DNA of 64,000 bases from Myxococcota bacterium (GTDB lineage Bacteria; Myxococcota_A; UBA9160; UBA4427), in the NCBI GenBank assembly GCA_036336835.1, contig JAYZFK010000082.1, forward strand, positions 21,252 to 85,251. Direction: 5' to 3'. Below, in pieces: positions 49,049-58,767 of this stretch. Position 1 is the stretch's first letter. Each line of letters starts with the position of its first letter. Position numbers and translations under genes: made by a program. The notes beneath the pieces were generated by a model that did no database searches, had not been told where the DNA came from, and worked only from the letters and a program-made list of their open reading frames with translations.

Positions 49049-51816
49049 GTGGTGCTCCCCGCGGCGTCCGCGATTGGCAGAGTCAATGTGAAGCAGCTGC
49101 CCTCCCCCACGCGCGACTCCACCGCGAGCCGTCCGCCATGGGAATCTGCAATCCGGCGGCACATCGAAAGCCCAAGACCCGAGCCCTGCCCCGCCGCCTT
49201 GGTCGTGAAGAATGGATCGAACAGGTGCGGGCGCACGTCGTCCGCGATGCCCACACCGTTGTCGCGCACCTCGACCTCGAGCTCTCCGCCGTGTTCGCGG
49301 ACTGCCACCGTGATCGTGCCTCCACGCCCTTCCATCGCTTCGGCCGCGTTCTTGACCAGATTGAGCAAAAGCTGGTTCAGGGCACCTCCATCGCCGTGGA
49401 CGGTCTGGAGCGCATCCGGGAGCTCCAGCGAGAGCTCCACGCCAGCTTTCTCGAGATCGTGGCGCATCAGCAGCCCGGTGGATCGAATGCCGTCGCACAG
49501 ATCGACCGGGCCGCTCTCTCCGGCGCCCGGGGCTGCGAAGTCACGCAGCTGGCTCACCAGCCGTTGCGTCCGCTCGAGCCCGGCGCTCACGATACCCGAG
49601 AGCTCGACCACGGTTGCACCGAGATCGTCGGAACAGGTCGACTCGACCCGCTCGCGCGGCGCTGCACCGCGGGTCTCGAGCTCGGCACCATCATCGAGAT
49701 CGAGATCCACTGGCTCGGCCACCAGCACCCGAAGCTCTTCGACGGTGGCACTCAGCGCACGCACGGCGTTGAGCGCGTAGTTCACGGGGTTGTTCACTTC
49801 GTGGGCGATGCCCGCCGCGAGCTCGCCCACGGCGGCGAGTCGCTCGGACTGCACCAGCTGCGCCTCCGCCTGCCGGAGCTCCTCGAGGGCACGCTCGAGA
49901 TCCCGGTTGCGCTCCGTCAGCTCGAGCCGGGTGCGCCGCAGCGCTGCGTGCGAGCGGGCGCGGGCCAACAGCTCGCGGGGGTGGAAGGGCTTGGTAACGT
50001 AGTCGTCGGCACCGAGCTCGAGGCCCTCGATCTTCATCTCACTCTCGGCCTTCGACGACACGAGCATCACCGGGATGTCGCGCAGACGGCGGTCCTGCTT
50101 GATGGCTCTGCACAGCTCGGTCCCCGACATCTCGGGCATCATGATGTCGCTCACCACCAGGTCGGGCTCGAGCTGCTCGAGCATGTCCAGCGCCTCGCGA
50201 CCGCTGCGCGCCAGGTGGACGGCGAACTCACGACCGAGAATGAACCCGATCAGCTCGCGCATATCCGCATTGTCATCGACCACCAGGATCGGCCGCCGGC
50301 CGGGATCAGCGACCTCGGGGGCGGCAGGAGGCGCCTCGCTCCGGGCTGCGTGCCGCTGCTCCCAGCGGTCGGCGCTGCGATCGAGCTCGACGTAGCGCGT
50401 CTCGAGCCCGGCTGTCTCGAGACCGAGCTCGGCCTCGACCAACTCGATCGAGCTGCCGATCGCGACGGCTCCCCCGGTTGCCGTCACGAGAACCGATTCT
50501 TCGGCAACGGCGTCGCACTCTCCGGTGGGCAGGAAGAAGCACATGCTGGTGCCGTGGCCGAGCCCTTCGCTCTCGGCCCAGATACGGCCGCCGTGGAGCT
50601 CGACCAGCTCCGTCGATAGAGATAGACCGATCCCCGTGCCTTCGTGCTCGCGCGTTGCCGAGGCATCGACCTGCGCAAAGCGATCGAACACGCGCTCGAT
50701 CTGCTCCGGGGCGAGACCGATGCCCGTGTCGCGAACCCAGCCCTCGATTCCACCGACCGCCGAGCGGACCCCGACCACGATTCTTCCGCCCGAGCCGGTG
50801 AACTTGAGGGCGTTGCCGACCAGGTTCACCAGCACCTTCTCCAGCGCATCGGCGTCGGCGTGGATCGACGGCACCCCGGGCTCGACGTCGACTCCCAGCT
50901 GGAGGTCCTTTCGCTCGGCCAGGGGGCTCGCGCCCTCGACCACCGAGGCCATCAGCTCTCCGATCTCGAGCGGCGCTCGGCGGATCTCGAACTGCTGACT
51001 CTCGAGCTTGGCCAGGTCGAGCAGGTTGCTGATCAACTTGAGCAGCCGCTTCCCGTTGGTCTGCATGGTGCGCAGCGGGCGCTCGACGCCGGCCGCCACC
51101 TCGCCGTAGTCTCCGCTGCGGATCCCCTCGAGCGGCGCCAACATCAGGGTGAGCGGGGTGCGCAGCTCGTGGTGGAGATTGGCGGTGAAACGGGTCTTCA
51201 CGTCGTCGAGCTGGGCGAGCGCGTCCCGCGCACTCTCGACCTCGCGGCGCCGCCGGTAGTCGGCGAAACGCATGCGGTCGAGCGCTCCCGCCGCGGCGGT
51301 CGCGACGCCCGACGCGAGCACGAGGAACACCAGGTGCAGGCCGAAGCCCCGCCACTCGATCGGCGCGGTCTCGAGCAGTGGCAATGCCCCGAAACCGAGC
51401 GTCAGGGCCCCCAGCACCCCGAACGTCTGCCCGGCGGTGAGCGGGATCAACACCGGCAAGGCGATGTAGAGGACGAGCAACCCCGAGTAGTACGGACTGG
51501 TCGCGCCGCCCGTCGCGGCGGTCACGACCAGCAGCGCCGCACCCGTCAGCCCAGTTAGCACCAGCAGTCCCATCATTGGACGGCGTGGTGCGAGCAGTTG
51601 TCCCGCGAGTAGCTGTCCGACGGCGCAAACGACCCGCAGTGCGCCGAACGGCAGCCACAGCTCGGGATAGAACAGGTAGTCGATCGGGACGAAGGCCAGG
51701 ATGCTCACGGCGGCGATGAAGCTCGAGACGCGAGCGACGCCCGGTAGCGTCTCGGCCGCCAGCGATGCCTGGAAGTCCGCGTATTGGCAGCGATCTTTGT
51801 CCCGACGAGGGATCAC
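49045..51816 (-). CDS. Membrane hybrid histidine kinase TM-HisKA-HATPase-REC-HisKA-HATPase
   Basis: About 6 TM sensor (DYLFYP, GGATSPYYSGL); HELRTPL, NALKF, GTGIGL; REC VDDN/DIMMP/KPF; HEVNNP, FDPFFTTK, GSGLGL. Confidence 0.93.
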   Translation of the reverse strand: MIPRRDKDRCQYADFQASLAAETLPGVARVSSFIAAVSILAFVPIDYLFYPELWLPFGALRVVCAVGQLLAGQLLAPRRPMMGLLVLTGLTGAALLVVTAATGGATSPYYSGLLVLYIALPVLIPLTAGQTFGVLGALTLGFGALPLLETAPIEWRGFGLHLVFLVLASGVATAAAGALDRMRFADYRRRREVESARDALAQLDDVKTRFTANLHHELRTPLTLMLAPLEGIRSGDYGEVAAGVERPLRTMQTNGKRLLKLISNLLDLAKLESQQFEIRRAPLEIGELMASVVEGASPLAERKDLQLGVDVEPGVPSIHADADALEKVLVNLVGNALKFTGSGGRIVVGVRSAVGGIEGWVRDTGIGLAPEQIERVFDRFAQVDASATREHEGTGIGLSLSTELVELHGGRIWAESEGLGHGTSMCFFLPTGECDAVAEESVLVTATGGAVAIGSSIELVEAELGLETAGLETRYVELDRSADRWEQRHAARSEAPPAAPEVADPGRRPILVVDDNADMRELIGFILGREFAVHLARSGREALDMLEQLEPDLVVSDIMMPEMSGTELCRAIKQDRRLRDIPVMLVSSKAESEMKIEGLELGADDYVTKPFHPRELLARARSHAALRRTRLELTERNRDLERALEELRQAEAQLVQSERLAAVGELAAGIAHEVNNPVNYALNAVRALSATVEELRVLVAEPVDLDLDDGAELETRGAAPRERVESTCSDDLGATVVELSGIVSAGLERTQRLVSQLRDFAAPGAGESGPVDLCDGIRSTGLLMRHDLEKAGVELSLELPDALQTVHGDGGALNQLLLNLVKNAAEAMEGRGGTITVAVREHGGELEVEVRDNGVGIADDVRPHLFDPFFTTKAAGQGSGLGLSMCRRIADSHGGRLAVESRVGEGSCFTLTLPIADAAGSTT

Positions 51817-51836
51817 TCACACCGCTTCGGTCGGGC

Positions 51837-54116
51837 TTAGGTCTCCCTTGAGGTTTGCGTTCGCGTGTGCCTGAAAACAAACAGCAATAGCGGAGCCAGT
51901 AACAGGATGTCCGCCAGATAGCAGGCAATCATCACGGCGCTCGTCAGCACGCCGAGATTCCGCACCAGCGTGAACTCGGAAGCCGCCAACGCGGCGAACC
52001 CCAGGGCGATCGCCGCCGTGCTCAGCGTGATCGCCGGAAGCGTGCGCGCGAACGCCAGCTCGAGTGCGCGCTCGGGCGGCTCACCGTTCGTGCGCTCGTG
52101 CTCGAAGGCGGTCACGAGATGGATCGTGTCGTCGACCGCGATGCCGAGCGCGATGCAGCCGATCAACACGGTCGCCGCATCGAGCGGAATGCCCAGCAGG
52201 CCCATCGTCCCGAACAGCAGCACCAACGGTACGGCATTGGGGATCAGCGCAAGCAGCGCCAGCCGCGTCGAGCCGGCGACCCCGCGTAGCAGGACGGCAA
52301 TGGCGGAGAGTGCAAACAGCAGCCCCCGCAGCTGGCCGTCGCCGATCTCGTTCTCCGAGCGCGCGTACTCGTACATGATCCCCGTGGTGTGCGCTGCGAA
52401 GTCGCCTGGACCGTGCTCGCCCCACCATTGCTCTGCGCGCTCGGCCAGGGCCAACAGATTGCTCGAGCCGTTGTCGTCGACCCGCAGTGACACGCTGGTC
52501 GCCGACCGGTCCGGTGTCACCAGGTCCCGGACGTGTTCGACCGAGCCAAGCAGAAGCAGGTACTGCTCGGCCAGCGCACGGGTCTCCGGCAGGGGCTCGC
52601 TTGCATCGCCGACGAAGCCCCCGTGGAGCTGGCGCAGCGGATCGGCGAGCGAGATCGCCCGACCCATCTCCGGCTGGGACTCCAGATACTCGCAAAGCCC
52701 GGCCAGCGCGCGAACCACATCGGGCTCGGTCACGCTGCGGCTCCCGGTGCTCTCGATCACGACGTTCATTGGACTGATCCCCGCAAGCTCGGCGCGAATC
52801 GCCTCGTAATCGCTGCGCACGGCACTTTCCGGCAGGAACCACAACACCACGTCGGTCTCGACCTCGAGTCGACCGATTCCGATGCCAACGCAGAGCGCGG
52901 CGATCGCCCAGCCGAGGACGAGCGCACGACCGCGGCGCTCGACGAGCGCGCTGGCCCGCCGGGGCAGCTCGCGCTGCAGCCAGCGACCGACCCCGGTCAC
53001 GCGATGTCCCACCCCGCCGGCGAGCACGGCGGGGGCCAGCGTCAGAGCGGCCGCCGTCACGACGAGCGTGCCGAACGCGCCGAAGCCTCCGATCTGACGC
53101 ACCACCTCGATCCGGACGAGCGCCATGGCCGCAAAGCCGATCGCCGTCGTGAGGCCCGACAGCGCAATCGGACGCACGAGCCGCGTCAGCTCCCGCGTCC
53201 GCGCTGCGGGCTCGTCCGCAGTGCGCGAGAACGCCGAGACGAGGTGCAACACGTACGCACAGCCGAGCCCCAGCAGCGCCGAGGGCAAGATCGCTCCCGT
53301 CAGGGTCAGCGGAACGCCCAGCGCACCCATTGCGCCGATCACAACGAGGCTCGCCAGCCCCCCGGCCAGCAGCGGAGCCGCCACGGCGCGCAGTGACGGC
53401 ACCACCCCGGCAACGAGCAATGCGATCAGCGCACACGTGATCGGCACGAGCCGCCCGAGCTCGCTGCGCGTGCGTTGACTCACCTGCGTCCGAAAGACCG
53501 GCCCGCCCGAGACGTACACCGGCAACCTCGGTCGAGCACGCTCGATCGCTTCGAGCACGGCGGCGTCGTAGTCCGCGCCGACGTCCTCGACGAGGCTGGT
53601 GATCGAAAAGGTGCGGCCATCGAGCGAGACGAGCAGCCCCGGCGCGATGCGGTCGCCCTCGAGTGCCTGGCGTACCCGGTCTGCCCCGGCCGCGTCGAAC
53701 GGCCCGTCAGCGGGTAGTGCGGGGTCCAGCCGCAAACCGCCATCGGGGGTTCCCCGGATCACCGGCACGCTGGCGATGCTGTCCACCCGGTGGATCGCCT
53801 CGGACGCCTCGAGTTCCGCGGTCAGCCGTGCGACCTCGCCCAGCACGGCCGGATCCCAGGGCTGCTCGCCCGTGAGTGAAACGACCACTACCTCGTCGCC
53901 GCCGAAGCGATCGACGCTGTCGCGGTAGCGTTGCCACAAAGGATCGGCGCGATCGAGAACGCTGTCGGTCGATGTCTCGATGCGCAATGAGACGGCGCCT
54001 GCGGCGGCGAGCACTGCTACGACGCCCCACAGTGCGAAGACCCGCCCTCGATGCACGAGCGATCCGAGTACCGCTCTCTCGAGCCAGCCCGGAACCGGAG
54101 CCGACGAAGACGTCAT
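51837..54116 (-). CDS. MMPL/RND-family exporter
   Basis: Two repeats of periplasmic loop plus TM bundle; TTAIGF, IALGIAVDDTIH, SEFTLVRNLG. Confidence 0.9.
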   Translation of the reverse strand: MTSSSAPVPGWLERAVLGSLVHRGRVFALWGVVAVLAAAGAVSLRIETSTDSVLDRADPLWQRYRDSVDRFGGDEVVVVSLTGEQPWDPAVLGEVARLTAELEASEAIHRVDSIASVPVIRGTPDGGLRLDPALPADGPFDAAGADRVRQALEGDRIAPGLLVSLDGRTFSITSLVEDVGADYDAAVLEAIERARPRLPVYVSGGPVFRTQVSQRTRSELGRLVPITCALIALLVAGVVPSLRAVAAPLLAGGLASLVVIGAMGALGVPLTLTGAILPSALLGLGCAYVLHLVSAFSRTADEPAARTRELTRLVRPIALSGLTTAIGFAAMALVRIEVVRQIGGFGAFGTLVVTAAALTLAPAVLAGGVGHRVTGVGRWLQRELPRRASALVERRGRALVLGWAIAALCVGIGIGRLEVETDVVLWFLPESAVRSDYEAIRAELAGISPMNVVIESTGSRSVTEPDVVRALAGLCEYLESQPEMGRAISLADPLRQLHGGFVGDASEPLPETRALAEQYLLLLGSVEHVRDLVTPDRSATSVSLRVDDNGSSNLLALAERAEQWWGEHGPGDFAAHTTGIMYEYARSENEIGDGQLRGLLFALSAIAVLLRGVAGSTRLALLALIPNAVPLVLLFGTMGLLGIPLDAATVLIGCIALGIAVDDTIHLVTAFEHERTNGEPPERALELAFARTLPAITLSTAAIALGFAALAASEFTLVRNLGVLTSAVMIACYLADILLLAPLLLFVFRHTRTQTSRET

Positions 54117-54147
54117 CGCCGCGTCATCACACTGGAAGACGACCCGA

Positions 54148-56625
54148 TCAGCGCCGTCTTGCGACGACGATGCAGGCCTGCGGCGGGTCACCAAACGCCC
54201 ACTCCGTCGACTCGACCCGGAAGCCGGCCTTCGCAACCAGGCGCGCCAGCTCCCTGGCGTCGTAGAACCGGAAGGCGCCGAGCTCCTCGTAGTCGACGAG
54301 GCGGGCGGCGTCGTTCAGGAACGCTCGCGCCGCAGACCGCACGCTGTGGTCGGCGAGGCCGAACGCGGCGGCGCCGCGCACTTCGAGCTCCGCCAGTCCT
54401 TCGCGATAGATCCGCGAAATGTCGGCATCGCGTCTCAGCGACGAGACCACGATCCGGCCGCCGGGTGCCAGCGCTGCGCGAATGCGACGCAGCACGGCGC
54501 CCGGATCGTCGAGGTAGGGGAGCAACAGGGACGCGAGCGCCCGGTCGTAACGGCCCCGCGCGAGCGCGCTGTCGTCGACCCGGGCCAGATCGAGCGCGCG
54601 ATAATCGAGCTCGACGGACTCGGGTAGTGCGGTCTGATCGATCCGCGCGCGAGCGCGCGCGAGCGCTTCGGGGACCAGGTCCAGCTCGAGAATCTCGGCG
54701 GGGTAGTCCGTTCCGACCTCCCGCGCCAGCGCGAGCGGAAAGGCCCCCGTGCCCGAGCCGACGTCGAGCACACGGTGGCCGGGCGCCAGCTCGAGGAGCT
54801 CGATCTGGCGATCCATCAACTCGCGATAGCTCGACGTCTCGTGCATCAGCTCGATGCCGACTCCCCCGTCGCGCCCGAGCAGGTAGTCGCGCCAGAAGCT
54901 GCTCGTGTCGAACTCGGCAGCCGGCAGGCGCAGCCGCTCGGCCCGCTGGCGCGCCGATAGCTCTACGATGTCCGGCATCTCGGGAATGATCCGACGACCC
55001 AGCGCGATGTCCGCGATCTCCTGCGCGACGCGCTGGAATGTCGCGAGCGCTTCACGACTCGACCCCAGCTGATGACCGGTCGGCACCTCGAGGTGCCGAC
55101 GTTTCGACGAGTCGCCGATCGCCAGGATGTCCTCGACGCGTTCGACGTCCATCCAGGCGTCGTAGCGCCCGCGAATCCATACCACCGGGATCTCGATCCG
55201 CGCCATGTCTGCCCGGGCGTCTTCCAGGTCCGCCATCCCCTGCTCGATCGCGTCGAGTCCGGCGCGGTCGATGTCGACCAGCACGCCGAGTACCTCCTGA
55301 CGCCCGAAGCGCACGCCCATCTCGAGACCGGCGATGTAGTCGAGTCCGCCCGAGATGACGCGCATCATCGACTGCAGATCGGCCGTGCCCACCACACAGA
55401 CCCAGCCATCGACCGCACCGGGGTGCTCCGCGGCGAAGCGACGCGCCTCGACCGAAGCCGCGCTGAAGCTGACCACCAGCTTGCGCCGCGGCTGGAAGCG
55501 CGGATCGCGATCGAGGAACCCGCAGGTGGCTTCGAGGTCGCGCAATCCCTGCGAGAAGGTGAAGCGCAGCTGCTCGTCGCCCGCCTGGAAATACCCGGGA
55601 TCGTTGTGCGACTCGCCGCGCTTGCGAATCCCGTCGAAGCGGATCACCACCACCGGCTGCCGCTGTCGGCGGAAGGTCGCGACGATGGTGCGCGCCAGCG
55701 GCAGCAGTGTCTCCTTGGTGCGACCCCAGGCCGGCGGAATCATCACCGCGGTGGCCCCGTGGAGGTCGCCCCAGCTGTCGAGGATCGCGGACAGCTTCTC
55801 GCCTTGTTCGTTGGCGTACTCGATCACATCGATCTCGGGCGCGGGCGGGCGGTAGCCAACCAGGCCTTCCAGGGACCCCTGCAGCGCGACGCGCAGGCCG
55901 CCGAGCCCGATCTGTAGCTGCTGGCGCAGGCGCGCCCAGACCGGCAGATCGACGATCTGCTCACAGACCTCGACCTCGACGGGTTGCCCGCGCGGCTGAT
56001 GGCTAGTGGCCAGCCCGAGCCGCAGCCAGCCGGGCCGTTCGGACTGCTCGCGGCTGCGGACCTCCGCATAGCGCGGGCCCGACTCGTCGCCGTAGCCGAG
56101 CGTCAACCGAGAGCCGACCGCGGGCGCCACCCCGGCCTCGACTGCGACGGCAAGGCCCCGCTCCGAGCGATCGACCAGCGCCGCGCGCGCGCGCCGCGCA
56201 CCATCGCCCTCGAACGTCACCCAGCCCGCGGCGGGCCTGCGCACCTGGTCGCGCCGCTCGACGTGGTGGATGGCCTCCGGGATCGCGAGATAAACCAGGG
56301 CGGTGGCATCGCCGCCCCGGCGGTCGGTGGCGAAGCAGTAGCTGCGACCAGCGAGTTCGAAGCTGTAGAACTGCTGCGCACGGCCGCTCTTCCGGAAGTT
56401 CTCCGTCCGGACGCTGAACTCCTGTTCGCCCAGCTCCTGGATCCAGGCCCGCTCGGGAACGATCATCTTGTTCATCGCTCGCCGCAGCGCGACTCCCTCG
56501 CGCCGTAGACGCTCGAGCATGCTGCGCACCGCCTCGGCGCCGTCGATGCGGTGCGCGTGGAGTCTCTCGAAGTCTTCGACCTCGAGACGTCGAGAAGCGG
56601 TGGTGAACTGCGCCTGGAAAGCCAC
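54148..56625 (-). CDS. PilZ + LuxD-like alpha/beta thioesterase + class I SAM methyltransferase fusion
   Basis: RRDQVR (RxxxR) and DRSERG (DxSxxG); VIRFDG...GES...FTFSQG, SFSAA, GRYDAW, GHQL; VLDVGSGTG, LAPGGRIVV. GAGG RBS and GTG at 56625. Confidence 0.8.
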   Translation of the reverse strand: MAFQAQFTTASRRLEVEDFERLHAHRIDGAEAVRSMLERLRREGVALRRAMNKMIVPERAWIQELGEQEFSVRTENFRKSGRAQQFYSFELAGRSYCFATDRRGGDATALVYLAIPEAIHHVERRDQVRRPAAGWVTFEGDGARRARAALVDRSERGLAVAVEAGVAPAVGSRLTLGYGDESGPRYAEVRSREQSERPGWLRLGLATSHQPRGQPVEVEVCEQIVDLPVWARLRQQLQIGLGGLRVALQGSLEGLVGYRPPAPEIDVIEYANEQGEKLSAILDSWGDLHGATAVMIPPAWGRTKETLLPLARTIVATFRRQRQPVVVIRFDGIRKRGESHNDPGYFQAGDEQLRFTFSQGLRDLEATCGFLDRDPRFQPRRKLVVSFSAASVEARRFAAEHPGAVDGWVCVVGTADLQSMMRVISGGLDYIAGLEMGVRFGRQEVLGVLVDIDRAGLDAIEQGMADLEDARADMARIEIPVVWIRGRYDAWMDVERVEDILAIGDSSKRRHLEVPTGHQLGSSREALATFQRVAQEIADIALGRRIIPEMPDIVELSARQRAERLRLPAAEFDTSSFWRDYLLGRDGGVGIELMHETSSYRELMDRQIELLELAPGHRVLDVGSGTGAFPLALAREVGTDYPAEILELDLVPEALARARARIDQTALPESVELDYRALDLARVDDSALARGRYDRALASLLLPYLDDPGAVLRRIRAALAPGGRIVVSSLRRDADISRIYREGLAELEVRGAAAFGLADHSVRSAARAFLNDAARLVDYEELGAFRFYDARELARLVAKAGFRVESTEWAFGDPPQACIVVARRR

Positions 56626-56642
56626 GGACGCCCTCGTTTCGT

Positions 56643-57539
56643 TCAGCGCACAAGTCCCGTCGCGGCCCACAGCCGCCGGGTGGCTCCGCCGATCAGGCCG
56701 GAGTCGTCGAGCCAGTCGCGTATCCGGGCCACGCTGAAGCGGCGCAGCTCGCTGCGTTGTCGACTGCCCCGCGCGCGCCACCAAAGCCGCCAGCTCTGCA
56801 GATTGGAGCCGGCGAGCCCGGTGCGGCGATACACCGCAGGGCTGAGCAGCAGCTCGAACACGAGCAGCGCCACCACCGGAGCCAGCACGCGCACCAACGC
56901 CCGCTCGAGGGGTCCGGCCGCGTCGTACGTCTCGCGAAGCTGATCACGCACGAAGTCCATGTGGCGCGACTCCTCGATTCGGTGGATCCGCGCGATGTCG
57001 CCGATCATCGGATGAAGGTGGTCCGACTCGAGCGCTCGAGCGAGCACCCGGTCGGTTACCTCCTCCACGCACAGCGTGCCCAGATAGAAGGTCGCGGCAC
57101 GACGCTCGATCCCGCGGGCCGCCAGCCACTCGAGAGCGCCCACCAGCCCGCGTCGCGGGTAGGCACCGGTCCCGAGCTCCTCGATGCAGCGCGCGAACAT
57201 GCGGCTGTGACGCGCCTCTTCCTCGACGATGTGGAACACGTAGGGGAGCGTCGCCTCGCTGGTCGGGCACCGCTGTGACAGCCGCGCCAGGTAGCCGTTG
57301 ATCACACTTTCGAAGCGTACGAACGCGGAGAACATCGAGGCCAGCTCGTGACAGGCGAGCTCACGCCGGCGCTCTGGCCCCATCGCCTCGAACTCCGGCG
57401 TGCCGGCGAGCGAAAGCATCGAGTCCGGTAGCGGGGAGCCGACGCCATCGAACGGGGTGCCCCAGGCCACATCCTTTTCCGGAACGAAGGTCTTGGTGAG
57501 CGACGCGTGGCAAAGCTTCGCAAGCCGGTGCGGGTCCAT
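56643..57539 (-). CDS. AurF-like ferritin-fold diiron oxygenase
   Basis: FVRFE, EEEARHSRMF, CVEE, HRIEESRH iron-ligand motifs. Confidence 0.85.
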   Translation of the reverse strand: MDPHRLAKLCHASLTKTFVPEKDVAWGTPFDGVGSPLPDSMLSLAGTPEFEAMGPERRRELACHELASMFSAFVRFESVINGYLARLSQRCPTSEATLPYVFHIVEEEARHSRMFARCIEELGTGAYPRRGLVGALEWLAARGIERRAATFYLGTLCVEEVTDRVLARALESDHLHPMIGDIARIHRIEESRHMDFVRDQLRETYDAAGPLERALVRVLAPVVALLVFELLLSPAVYRRTGLAGSNLQSWRLWWRARGSRQRSELRRFSVARIRDWLDDSGLIGGATRRLWAATGLVR

Positions 57540-57762
57540 TCCTAGACTCCAGCGTGCCCCGGACCACCCGATCGCGTCGCGGCGCTCGCAACAAACGTCG
57601 TTTGGAGGGGGTGGAGACACTAGCAACTTCGCACTGAACCCTCTGAAAAAACCTGGCTTCTTGCAGCCTCGGGGCGGGTTCGAGTTGTCTCACCCCTCGA
57701 ACCTTGGTGATTCAACCCATCCGGCCACTGGAGTTTTTCGTCTCAGCTCAGGAGTGGGGGAA

Positions 57763-58767
57763 TCAACTCGGGTCGGCGAGCTGTCGGACGCCGACTCCAG
57801 CCTCCGTGAGCAGCGCGCGCGAGTTGTCACCGAGCGGGTAGTCGGCGTTGTAGACGACCTCGACCAGGCCGGCGTTGATGATCATCTTGGTGCATTGCAG
57901 ACACGGCGACAGGGTCGTATAGACGGTGGCGCCCCTCAGGCTGACGCCGTGATAGGCGGCCTGGGTCAGGGCGTTCTCCTCGCCGTGCGAGCAGAGGCAC
58001 TCGTCGATGCGCGTGCCCGCCGGCGCGAAGGCGTTGCAGCGTGGGCAACCGCCCTCGTTGCAGTTGCGGGTTCCGCGCGGCGTCCCGTTGTAGCCCGTGG
58101 AGATGATGCGACGGTCCTTCGTCACCACGGCCGCGACCCTGCGCTTCACGCAGTTGCTGCGCGAGGCGACCACGCGCGCGATGTCCATGAAGTACTCGTC
58201 CCAGTCGGGCCGATCGAAGTGCTGGGCACCTTCTAGCACCTGCTGCACGTCGGCGTGCAGCGCCTCGAGGCTGCCGTCGTTGCTGAAGTGGGAGTCGGCC
58301 AGGTCTCGTACGGCCAGCAGCTGCTGGGCGGCGGGATCGTCGCTCCCCAGCTCGCAGCGCTCGAGCTCGAGTAGCTCCTCGTGGCTGGTCGGGTCGCCCG
58401 TCCGTCCGCGGGCCTGCATGCGCTCGAAGCGCAGCTGCGAGCCGGCCTCGACCCAGATCAAGTGGAAGGGCCGCCCGCTGGCGCGCAGGGCCTCTACCTC
58501 GGCGGGATGGCGAATCGAGTCGATCGCGTAATTGCGATCGGGCAGCATCCGTGCCACGAGCTTCTCGGCTAGCACCCCCGGCCCGCCCGCCTCGCGCAGC
58601 GCCCGACCGGTGTCGATCATGCGCCCGCGCGACTCTTCGAGCCCCTGATCGGCCAGCTTGCTGCGGATCACGTCGGACAGCGACAGCGCGTAGAAGCTGC
58701 GCACGATGAGGTAGTCCACCACCTCGCCCTTGCCCGCCCCGTTCAGTCCCGCCACGCCGATCAGCAC
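57763..58767 (-). CDS. P-loop kinase-like domain fused to dCMP deaminase
   Basis: GVAGLNGAGKG, DSIRHPAE; RPDWDEYFM, TGYNGTP, HGEENA, SPCLQC. Alternative ATG at 58788. Confidence 0.88.
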   Translation of the reverse strand: MLIGVAGLNGAGKGEVVDYLIVRSFYALSLSDVIRSKLADQGLEESRGRMIDTGRALREAGGPGVLAEKLVARMLPDRNYAIDSIRHPAEVEALRASGRPFHLIWVEAGSQLRFERMQARGRTGDPTSHEELLELERCELGSDDPAAQQLLAVRDLADSHFSNDGSLEALHADVQQVLEGAQHFDRPDWDEYFMDIARVVASRSNCVKRRVAAVVTKDRRIISTGYNGTPRGTRNCNEGGCPRCNAFAPAGTRIDECLCSHGEENALTQAAYHGVSLRGATVYTTLSPCLQCTKMIINAGLVEVVYNADYPLGDNSRALLTEAGVGVRQLADPS

